DNA of 24,000 bases from Aquirhabdus parva (GTDB lineage Bacteria > Pseudomonadota > Gammaproteobacteria > Pseudomonadales > Moraxellaceae): NCBI RefSeq assembly GCF_003351745.1, contig NZ_CP031222.1, positions 454,207 to 478,206 of the forward strand, in the 5' to 3' direction. The notes under the pieces are model-generated. The model did no database searches and was not told the DNA's origin. It saw only the letters and a list, made by a program, of their open reading frames with translations. Of this stretch, positions 9,860-16,980 are shown one piece after another (position 1 is the stretch's first letter; the number at the start of each line of letters is the position of its first letter). The position numbers and the translations under genes are program-made.

Positions 9860-10288
9860 TTACTGAATTTTGCTATCCAGTAGCGTGCGAATATCTGATA
9901 TACACGCATCCAAATCCCATCCAAGCCATGCAGGCTCAAACACTGAAGAGTAATGCGCGCGATGATCACTGCTGACCAATACTCGAATCGGACAGTCTTC
10001 TTCCATCATCCGCCATGGGAAGATCGGTGCTTCGGCATCAAGCAAGAAAGGCAAATCACGCAGATCAATGACCATGCCTGCAAGGAACTCAGGAAAGCCA
10101 ATAATCGAGAATTCATCGGCACGTCGGCGAATGTATTCGAGATCATCCCATTCTGCGGTGAGGCGTGTTTCAGGTGCGCTAAAAGCAATGACACCGATCA
10201 GATGATAGTCACGGGTGGTGTGTAGCCAGGTCTTGTAACGGACTGGCGTTTCGACTTCGAGAGTGACGGGTTCTATACGGTGGGGCAT
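9860..10288 (-). CDS. hypothetical cytoplasmic acidic protein (142 aa)
   Basis: This is a clean ATG-initiated ORF with flank-like composition, no TM segment or signal peptide and no motif I recognise. The SD is weak. Confidence 0.5.
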   Translation of the reverse strand: MPHRIEPVTLEVETPVRYKTWLHTTRDYHLIGVIAFSAPETRLTAEWDDLEYIRRRADEFSIIGFPEFLAGMVIDLRDLPFLLDAEAPIFPWRMMEEDCPIRVLVSSDHRAHYSSVFEPAWLGWDLDACISDIRTLLDSKIQ

Positions 10289-10388
10289 GGTGAGTATTTT
10301 CAGCGATTTGGCTCTGGAACGAAATTGTACGCGGATTACAAGGTGGGGTCAAAACCGAAGCGTGATTGGTAGGTATGTGGGTATAGAT

Positions 10389-10423
10389 AAGACCGTTAAG
10401 ATCATTGATCACTTAACGGTCTT
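10389..10423 (-). terminator. hairpin downstream of the PACE transporter gene (probable terminator)
   Basis: A perfect 12-bp stem, AAGACCGTTAAG (10389-10400) / CTTAACGGTCTT (10412-10423), begins 10 nt after the stop codon at 10433. The T-run is better on the + strand (TTTT) than on the minus strand. Confidence 0.45.
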
Positions 10424-10432
10424 TTGTGATGA

Positions 10433-10879
10433 CTATGCGGTTCGCGTCTTGGTCCGTTTGACGATTTTCAACTTGGGCAAACCAAAGATACGGTCAAAGC
10501 CCCAGTTAAAGACGAGACCATACACCAGATAAAACAGCATAAATGCAATATCCGTGATCAGCGCTTCCCACAAGCCAATATTTAAAGTCCAAGCCAGCAG
10601 CGGCAGAGAAACGGTCATTAAACCGGCCTCAAAACCAAAGGCATGGAGAATACGCCGTTTGAGCGTACGGATTTGGCTCTTTTGGCGCGCTTCCCAGCGT
10701 TCAAAGAGTTTGTTAAACAACAGATTCCAGCCCATGGCAATCAGGGACAATAGGATTGCGAGCGCCCCAAGGTGCGCCTTGTCCTCATGAAAAAATAGGG
10801 CAGCAATCATGATAAAGAGTACAACTGCAATGGATTCAAAGAGTGCAGTATGGATAATTCTACGTTTTAGGCCTTGCAT
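10433..10879 (-). CDS. PACE-family efflux transporter (AceI-like, tandem BTP domains)
   Basis: The protein is about 149 aa with 4 TM helices and a duplicated motif, KRRIIHTALFESIAVV and LKRRILHAFGFEAGLM, matching the AceI pattern KRRLIHAISYEG / VRILHAIGFEGG. With ATG 10879 the conserved TM1 glutamate falls at residue 15, as in AceI. The track start at 10891 is TTG. Confidence 0.85.
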   Translation of the reverse strand: MQGLKRRIIHTALFESIAVVLFIMIAALFFHEDKAHLGALAILLSLIAMGWNLLFNKLFERWEARQKSQIRTLKRRILHAFGFEAGLMTVSLPLLAWTLNIGLWEALITDIAFMLFYLVYGLVFNWGFDRIFGLPKLKIVKRTKTRTA

Positions 10880-10960
10880 GATCTTTCTCAACTTTTTAAA
10901 GCGGTCTGATTTGAAATTGATGTTTCAAATGCTTAGTTAGCCGCGATAAGTTGACTTTAT

Positions 10961-10975
10961 ATCGAAATACATGAT
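10961..10975. promoter_or_regulatory. candidate LysR-type regulator box (ATC-N9-GAT, T-N11-A)
   Basis: ATCGAAATACATGAT lies in the 198-bp divergent region between the PACE gene and the LysR gene. It fits the generic LTTR dyad, which is a short motif that can occur by chance. Confidence 0.25.
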
Positions 10976-11077
10976 ACTTAAAAGTTAGTACCTTTCAGTT
11001 TTTTTGATAGATTGGTGGTCTCGAGTTTTAGATAATAATCTTAATGATCCACAAGGCTTTGATTAATAGGTGTTTCG

Positions 11078-11998
11078 ATGCTCGAACATGGTGTGAATGG
11101 CTTTGTAGTCGGCAACGTCTCTGTTGAAAGTTGGCGCGTTTTTTTATTGGTGGTTGAGCACGGCTCTTTTTCGGCGGCAGCACGACAACTTCACAAAGTC
11201 CCTTCAGCGATCAGCATGATGATTGCCAATCTTGAAGCCGACTTGAATCTGGAGTTATTTGATCGCAGCCGACGGGAACCGATCCCCACGGCTGCTGCAC
11301 GAGCTCTTCTACCCAATGCGCGCTATGCCATCCAGCAATTGCAGCAACTTGAGACGCATGCCTTGTCATTGTCGCAAGGATTAGAAAGTACGCTCACCCT
11401 CGTTGTTGATCCTGCATTGCTGGTTGGGGATTGGATAAGTGTTCTGGGCGATTTAGCGACAGCTCACCCTGATCTTGCGGTTGAAGTGTTGGCTGCACAA
11501 GCCTCTGACGCGATGCAACTGCTTCATGAAGGGCGTGCGCAATTGGGACTCTTACTTGAACGACCACAAATGGATAATCGTGAAGGATTCTTTGAGATTC
11601 ATAGCGAGACATTTGTTGCCGTGATGTCACCCAAGCATTCCATCTTTGTGACTCAAGAAAGCATCAACTTTGATGATTTGATGGCCTCGCGGCAGATCGT
11701 TGTTGCAAGTTGGAATGCGGATGAGGTCGATGAACGTTTCGCAATGAGCAGTCAAATCTGGCGAACCGACAATTACACCTCAGCGGTCGGCTTGATCCAA
11801 GCTGGATTGGGGTGGGGGATGCTGCCGCGTTCGATGGTACGGTCTTATATTAACTCTGGATCACTGGTAGAGATTCCGCTAGAGAACCTTAAAAATACCA
11901 TGGTGCTTGCAGTGGATATGGTGTGGTCCAAAGAGCAACCGATGGGGCTGGCCACGCGTTATATTCTGGATCGAATCGGGGCGAGCTATCTACGCTAA
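11078..11998 (+). CDS. LysR-family transcriptional regulator (AceR-like position, divergent from PACE pump)
   Basis: An N-terminal wHTH (FLLVVEHGSFSAAARQLHKVPSAISMMIANLEADL) is followed by a C-terminal substrate-binding domain. AGGTG lies 5 nt upstream of ATG 11078. Confidence 0.9.
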   Translation: MLEHGVNGFVVGNVSVESWRVFLLVVEHGSFSAAARQLHKVPSAISMMIANLEADLNLELFDRSRREPIPTAAARALLPNARYAIQQLQQLETHALSLSQGLESTLTLVVDPALLVGDWISVLGDLATAHPDLAVEVLAAQASDAMQLLHEGRAQLGLLLERPQMDNREGFFEIHSETFVAVMSPKHSIFVTQESINFDDLMASRQIVVASWNADEVDERFAMSSQIWRTDNYTSAVGLIQAGLGWGMLPRSMVRSYINSGSLVEIPLENLKNTMVLAVDMVWSKEQPMGLATRYILDRIGASYLR

Positions 11999-12034
11999 GT
12001 TCGCGTTAGCGAAGCACTTAAAATCCCTATCAGG

Positions 12035-13252
12035 TTAGACAAATTGCCCTGCAGCATGTCCAGACGCCCAAGCCCACTGAAAATTAAACCCGCCCAAGTG
12101 GCCTGACACATCGACCACTTCGCCAATGAAATACAAGCCCGCTTGTTTCTTGCTTTCCATCGTTTTGGAAGATAGTTCAGTCGTATCCACCCCACCCAAA
12201 GTGACTTCAGCAGTCCGATAGCCTTCGGTGCCCGAGGGCTTTTGTGACCAATGCTTTAAGGCATGTGCAATGTCTTCAAGCGTACTGTCAGAGAGTTGTC
12301 CCAGTGCTGTTTCAGCATGAGTTGGCCAGAGCAGAGTCTGAAGTTCTAGCACCAAGCTCTTGGCAAAGCGTTCATAGAGATGGGTGCGCAGTAAGGTCTT
12401 GGGATGTTGCTGCTTGAGGCGTTTAAAGCTCTCAGCCAGTTCTACTTCTGCTTCGGTCGGGAAGATATCCATGGTGATGGCTTCACCCACTTGCCAGTAA
12501 TTCGATACTTGCAGCGCCGCAGGACCACTGATACCGCGATGGGTAAACAGGATGGCTTCATTAAACGATGCCGCATCGGTACTCATCGTACCATCGACAG
12601 CAAGTCCTGATAGGCGCTCAGAGACGGCCTTAAACCCGTCTGTGAAGGTAAATGGCACCAGACCTGCGCGAGTGGGGAGTACATGGTGGCCAAACTGCTT
12701 CGCCACGTCATAGCCAAAACCACTGGAACCTAACGTTGGGATCGATAATCCGCCACTGGAAACCACCAAGGATTCCGCACTGAATATGCCGAGATTGGTG
12801 GTGAGCTTAAAGCGGGCCGAGGGATGAACTTTACTGTTTTCAACAGTCTCAATCTGCTGAATCTCGCATAGCGTTTTGATCACCACATTGACTTTCTCAC
12901 ACTCAGACAAGAGCATATTGAGGATGTCTTTGGCGGAGTCGTTACAGAAGAGTTGACCGTGTTTGCGCTCGTGGTAGGGGATCTTGTATTTTTCGACGAG
13001 TGCAATGAAATCCCATTGGGTATAGCGATTCAGCGCTGAGATACAGAAGTGCGGGTTATTGGAGATAAAGTTTTCTGGTTCAACAAATAGATTGGTGAAG
13101 TTACAGCGCCCGCCACCAGACATGAGGATTTTTTTACCCACTTTATTACTGCTATCGAGCACGAGTACACGACGCCCACGTTTGCCTGCGTGTATTGCAC
13201 ACATAAGACCTGATGCACCTGCACCAATGATGATGACGTCGTAACTATTCAT
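12035..13252 (-). CDS. NAD(P)/FAD-dependent oxidoreductase, HI0933/YhiN (BaiN-like) family
   Basis: The product has the N-terminal dinucleotide fold YDVIIIGAGASGLMCA, then GGGRCNFTN, and C-terminal GLYFIGEVVDVSGHLGGFNFQWAWASG, which is typical of this family. Confidence 0.9.
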   Translation of the reverse strand: MNSYDVIIIGAGASGLMCAIHAGKRGRRVLVLDSSNKVGKKILMSGGGRCNFTNLFVEPENFISNNPHFCISALNRYTQWDFIALVEKYKIPYHERKHGQLFCNDSAKDILNMLLSECEKVNVVIKTLCEIQQIETVENSKVHPSARFKLTTNLGIFSAESLVVSSGGLSIPTLGSSGFGYDVAKQFGHHVLPTRAGLVPFTFTDGFKAVSERLSGLAVDGTMSTDAASFNEAILFTHRGISGPAALQVSNYWQVGEAITMDIFPTEAEVELAESFKRLKQQHPKTLLRTHLYERFAKSLVLELQTLLWPTHAETALGQLSDSTLEDIAHALKHWSQKPSGTEGYRTAEVTLGGVDTTELSSKTMESKKQAGLYFIGEVVDVSGHLGGFNFQWAWASGHAAGQFV

Positions 13253-13322
13253 GGGAAACGTATTTCTTGGGGTTAGGCGGAAAAGGCGGCATTATACGCG
13301 ATTTTACTCCCAGCTTTGCAGG

Positions 13323-14249
13323 CTAGGTCTGCTGATTGATACCGCTTAAGTTGCCTTGCAAGCCACCGGTATGAATCGCCAGAATTTTGCTGTGCGCAGG
13401 GAAGTAACCGCGTTCAATTAAGTCAAAAATCCCAAACAGCATTTTTCCTGTATAGATCGGTTCGAGCTCAATTTGAGTTTGCTTTTGAAAATCATGGATA
13501 AAATCGAGTAGCTCAGGTGTAGTCTTGGCGTAGCCACCAAAGTGATAGTCCAAGCACAGATCCCAATTGGTGCGGGTTGCCCATTGCCTGATTTCATCAA
13601 AAAGAAAACCACCTTTGAGTGCAGGGAAGCCCAAGACTTTTTGTCGTTCAGCACTTGAGTTAATGATCCCCGCTATGGTGCCACCAGTGCCTACGGCACA
13701 GCAGATCACATCGAAGTTTGCACGATCCTGCACGGTCAATATCTCTTCGCAGCCTTGTACTGCCAGTTGATTGGTTCCGCCTTCTGGAATCAGGTAGAAC
13801 TCACCCAATTTTGCTCGAAGATTTTCGAGGAAATCGGTATCGGTTTTTCGGCGATAATCTGTGCGACTGACGAAGTGCAGTTGCATGCCGTTGGCTAGCG
13901 CTTGGGCAAGCGTGGGATTGTCGGCGATTTTATCTGTTAGCTCTTCGCCACGAATGATGCCGATGGTTTGAAAGCCATGCTCTTGACCTGCTGCGGCAAC
14001 AGCAGCGATGTGGTTGGAGTAGGCGCCGCCAAAGGTAAGGAGGGTAGTGTGTCCCTGTTTCCGAGCTTCAATCAGGTTGTATTTGAGCTTGCGGAATTTG
14101 TTGCCTGAAATCGTGGGGGGCAGGAGGTCTTCACGTTTGAGGTGGAGTTGGATGTTGCGGGGCTGAATCTGTGGAAGACGGTGCATGCTAGAGATGCCTG
14201 CTTTATTGAACCCGTTAAAGCAGGACATTGGATTAAGATGCTTTTCCAT
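13323..14249 (-). CDS. PLP-dependent 1-aminocyclopropane-1-carboxylate deaminase / D-cysteine desulfhydrase family protein
   Basis: Supporting motifs are KREDLLPPTISGNKFRKLKYNL (the PLP lysine motif GNK-x-RKL), TFGGAYSNH, CAVGTGGT and IHTGG. The start is uncertain: ATG 14249 overlaps the upstream gene by 17 nt, and the alternatives ATG 14228 and 14186 also lack a strong SD. Confidence 0.85.
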   Translation of the reverse strand: MEKHLNPMSCFNGFNKAGISSMHRLPQIQPRNIQLHLKREDLLPPTISGNKFRKLKYNLIEARKQGHTTLLTFGGAYSNHIAAVAAAGQEHGFQTIGIIRGEELTDKIADNPTLAQALANGMQLHFVSRTDYRRKTDTDFLENLRAKLGEFYLIPEGGTNQLAVQGCEEILTVQDRANFDVICCAVGTGGTIAGIINSSAERQKVLGFPALKGGFLFDEIRQWATRTNWDLCLDYHFGGYAKTTPELLDFIHDFQKQTQIELEPIYTGKMLFGIFDLIERGYFPAHSKILAIHTGGLQGNLSGINQQT

Positions 14250-15561
14250 AGTATTCTACAAGGAGTTTTTCTATGGTTTTATTAATTTTGGATGCATCTA
14301 TTTTATTCGATATTTTTAATAATAAAGAAATACTTCTATTGTTTTTAATGTCAATTTCATTAAGTTTATGTTTTTCAACAAGCTTAATCCAGTTTAATTG
14401 AGGTTTATCGGACGTTAATTTATGTAAAATTCTAGTATCGCTAGGTAGTACATTATTTAAATAATAGGCCCATCTATCTACAGTTATTCGATCAAGGATT
14501 TGTGATGCTTCACTTTCAGCACTCCAAGCAACTCCATAAGAATTTCCTAGTACAATGCATAAAAGAGCACTTATGCATGCAGGAAGTGCGGGGGTTGGAA
14601 TTGTCGATCCGAGTTTAGAGAGGTTCTTAACAGGCGTGGCTTCATTGTAGAAGTTATTTAAACCTTCATGAGCTCGAATAATAGCTTCGGCTGCTTTTAC
14701 AAAGGTGTCACTGCGAAGGTTCTCTGGTACATAGTCGAATCCACCTACTTTAAGCAGTGCACTTTTTAACCCACTTACAACAGTTGCTTTTCCATCAGCA
14801 TAAGCCTCGGCATAGGTGTGCCCTATTTGCCACTTTTCTGTATCGCGTAGATTTAACCAAAGCGCTGGTAAAAGTACATTAATATTAGCAAGGGTATGTT
14901 CTAAGTTAGCCCCATTATTTTTTTTCGCGGCATTCATTAATACACTAATAGTAAGCTTGTAATAAAAATATGGCGAGCTTTTAAGCATTTCAACACGTTG
15001 ATCTTTATCATTGAATGTTTCATCTTCAAGCGCATCTCTAAAATCAACAAACTTCTTAGCAACTTCAACCTTAGGCCGACCAAGAACCCCTTTTATGCAT
15101 GCTTTCAGTGAGCCAATGGCTTCAGCTTCATCTATTTCTTCAGCGTCACTTTCTACAGTTTCCATCTTGGAGAAGTGTGTAATGAGTTCATATGTATGCC
15201 GGAGCCGCATTCCTTCGGTGGATGATATAATACCCAGTTCTTCAGCCAGTCGTACCGCATCCTTAGTTGTTAAGATATCATCAACATCATCATCTTCATT
15301 TACATCGGGTTTTCCAAGCATTTCCCCTAATAAGCCAACGCCTACAGTGGAAAGTTCTTTTTTCAAAGCGGTTATTGTTTTTCCCCAGAGATAATTTATG
15401 GCCATTTCAAAATGCCCTGCATCAAATGCAGAAACAATTTGATTTCTATCCTTAATACTAAGCTGTTCTGCATATTGTGATATCTCAGCAGGAGTTTTAG
15501 CACTAGAAGGAATTAGGTCACTATTTTTTTGTTGCCATAACGCGATGTTATACATTTTCAT
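14233..15561 (-). CDS. hypothetical helical protein (442 aa), partner of the DAC-like protein
   Basis: This long uninterrupted ORF in AT-rich DNA has ATG 15561 or ATG 15555 as its start. AAGGA lies 7 nt upstream of 15555. The start overlaps the upstream stop (15548) by 8-14 nt. The product has an acidic tract (DVNEDDDVDD) and no family motif I recognise. Confidence 0.75.
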   Translation of the reverse strand: MKMYNIALWQQKNSDLIPSSAKTPAEISQYAEQLSIKDRNQIVSAFDAGHFEMAINYLWGKTITALKKELSTVGVGLLGEMLGKPDVNEDDDVDDILTTKDAVRLAEELGIISSTEGMRLRHTYELITHFSKMETVESDAEEIDEAEAIGSLKACIKGVLGRPKVEVAKKFVDFRDALEDETFNDKDQRVEMLKSSPYFYYKLTISVLMNAAKKNNGANLEHTLANINVLLPALWLNLRDTEKWQIGHTYAEAYADGKATVVSGLKSALLKVGGFDYVPENLRSDTFVKAAEAIIRAHEGLNNFYNEATPVKNLSKLGSTIPTPALPACISALLCIVLGNSYGVAWSAESEASQILDRITVDRWAYYLNNVLPSDTRILHKLTSDKPQLNWIKLVEKHKLNEIDIKNNRSISLLLKISNKIDASKINKTIEKLLVEYYGKAS

Positions 15562-16570
15562 TTCCTTTAAATTCTGACCAACCGTCTTGGGATTGCATAA
15601 AAACAGCAGTCAAACCTTTACCGATTTTCATCCCCAGAGCTTCAAATGCTCTTCTTCGCGCGCCACCAACTATGCCATGTTCTTGTCTTAGCTTCACAAA
15701 ACAGTTATAGCCTAGAAGTTGTCCAGAGTCATTGAATAAAATAATTCCATCAGAATTTAACATCCCATTTAGTAGATACCCTTTACTTTCTAATTCAGAT
15801 GGGGGTATTTGATCCTTTTTAAGAGATTTAACCAGATCTGGGAAACTAATTGGTTTTTCAAGTATTACACCATCATTAGATAGGAATGCAGGCGCTTTCG
15901 TTCGATTTGTGACGGCAATAATACAGCCATGCGATTGACGAAGAGCTTCGAAGAGCATTCTTGATACAAAACTGATAGTAGGCTCTCGTTCAATATCCTC
16001 AGTTTTCTCGGTAATGGCTCCAACCAATGCATCCAAAAATTGAAGTGGAGGGGGGCTATTATCTTTTCTATGGTTTAAAAAAATATAATGATGTCCTCCA
16101 TTATTGCAACGGATTTCAACGCAATCATCGGCAATTTGGTAGGCTTTCACAATTGGGAAAACAGGATTTTTATCCATCAATACTACATCAATTAATACAG
16201 ATATAGGATGACTAGACCCTCTGAATACCCCGTATTCAATACCGTTAGAACTTCCTTGTATATAAACTAGCCATCCACTTGTTGCAAGCGGTGCACATTT
16301 TTTTAGAGCTTGTTTTATTCCAGAAATATTAGCACTTGAACTCCCTATTTTTATACGTTCAGCTTCGGGAAGCATGCTTATAATATTGTTCATATTGTTT
16401 GTTAGATAGACTTTAGGACATAGACTAATCCCTTCTTCTTGGTATCTGGATAATAATACAACTAATTCAACCAAGTGTAAGTTATCGGCTAATAATTCTA
16501 TTTTACTATTCTGGCAAAATTCTGAGACGCCGCCAATTAATTGAGTTCTAAAAGTTATATTTGTTGACAT
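15548..16570 (-). CDS. diadenylate-cyclase (DisA_N/DAC)-like domain protein with uncharacterised N-terminal domain (340 aa)
   Basis: ATG 16570 has TAGGAT 10 nt upstream. The C-terminal half carries HGCIIAV (aa 214-220), SDGIILFNDSG (273-283), GGARRRAFEA (302-311) and AVFMQSQDGWS (322-332). These run in the same order, with about the same 30-aa DG-to-RxR spacing, as the DAC motifs GALIV / DGA / GTRHRAA / S-x-x-x-G. Aa 1-190 are unrecognised. Confidence 0.75.
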   Translation of the reverse strand: MSTNITFRTQLIGGVSEFCQNSKIELLADNLHLVELVVLLSRYQEEGISLCPKVYLTNNMNNIISMLPEAERIKIGSSSANISGIKQALKKCAPLATSGWLVYIQGSSNGIEYGVFRGSSHPISVLIDVVLMDKNPVFPIVKAYQIADDCVEIRCNNGGHHYIFLNHRKDNSPPPLQFLDALVGAITEKTEDIEREPTISFVSRMLFEALRQSHGCIIAVTNRTKAPAFLSNDGVILEKPISFPDLVKSLKKDQIPPSELESKGYLLNGMLNSDGIILFNDSGQLLGYNCFVKLRQEHGIVGGARRRAFEALGMKIGKGLTAVFMQSQDGWSEFKGNENV

Positions 16571-16607
16571 TGTTTAGCGATCCTATTGCTAATACTTTCT
16601 AGGATTT

Positions 16608-16635
16608 ATTCTATCAGATATGATGTTATTCTGAA
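16608..16635 (-). promoter_or_regulatory. candidate sigma70 promoter for the two-gene islet operon
   Basis: On the minus strand, TTCAGA (16635-16630) is followed by a 16-nt spacer and TAGAAT (16613-16608), about 38 nt upstream of ATG 16570. This is a pattern match only, made in very AT-rich DNA. Confidence 0.25.
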
Positions 16636-16775
16636 TAAATAAAAATTGCTCAAAATTTCATTTTTAATATTTATATTGGTTTTGTGAAACTAAACACGCT
16701 CGATTAATTTTCGGTTAACATTAAGTTTCACAGATTGAAAGTACTCAGAGAATCTATGCTGTAAGTATTCGCAAG

Positions 16776-16812
16776 ATACATCTTGATTTTTTTGATAAAA
16801 ATCAAGATGTAT
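16776..16812. repeat. perfect 16-bp inverted repeat with 5-nt spacer
   Basis: ATACATCTTGATTTTT (16776-16791) - TTGAT - AAAAATCAAGATGTAT (16797-16812), read directly from the sequence. It sits in the divergent region between the islet operon and the acyl-CoA synthetase gene. Confidence 0.9.
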
Positions 16813-16980
16813 AAACCTAAGTTAGAGTTGAAATGTAGTTCCATTCATACTTTTTGATTGTTTCGTTATATTTTAAGACTTCATTCTGACCATTTCCATC
16901 ATTGACACCCCATCATCCATACGTTAAACCTGTTTTGAACAACATACCCCTGAAAATAATGAAACATCACAAGGAAAGAG

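Larger units (their letters stand above)
14233..16900 (-). other. low-G+C accessory insertion (two-gene islet plus its AT-rich control region)
   Basis: Composition breaks abruptly at about 14250. My spot counts of 60-nt lines give 17% G+C at 14281, 32% at 15001, 37% at 16081 and 17% at 16621, against about 50% at 13921 and 53% at 17401. Codon usage is A/T3-rich (AAA, AAT, ATT, TTA). The right boundary is approximate. Confidence 0.6.

Noticed and set aside
11999-12034. Terminator between the convergent LysR and HI0933-type genes
   Set aside because: There is only a 5-bp stem (TTCGC/GCGAA) and no T-run on either strand, which does not support a terminator call.
15175-15207. Possible HEPN RNase motif (R-x4-6-H) in the 442-aa protein at RLRHTYELITH
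   Set aside because: The Arg-to-His spacings are +1, +3, +8 and +10, none of which fits R-x(4-6)-H. The surrounding context does not resemble a HEPN helix pair.
16683-16732. CRP/Vfr (TGTGA-N6-TCACA) or PsrA-type (GAAAC-N2-4-GTTTC) operator
   Set aside because: The half-site sequences are present, but they are separated by more than 30 nt, which is incompatible with either consensus. I keep it only as an unexplained dyad.
14233-16980. Calling the low-G+C islet a mobile element (IS, transposon, integron cassette, prophage remnant)
   Set aside because: I could find no transposase, integrase or recombinase ORF, no terminal inverted repeats bracketing the segment, no adjacent tRNA, and only a 7-bp TTTCCAT match between the two junctions, which is within chance. 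It is reported as an accessory insertion only.
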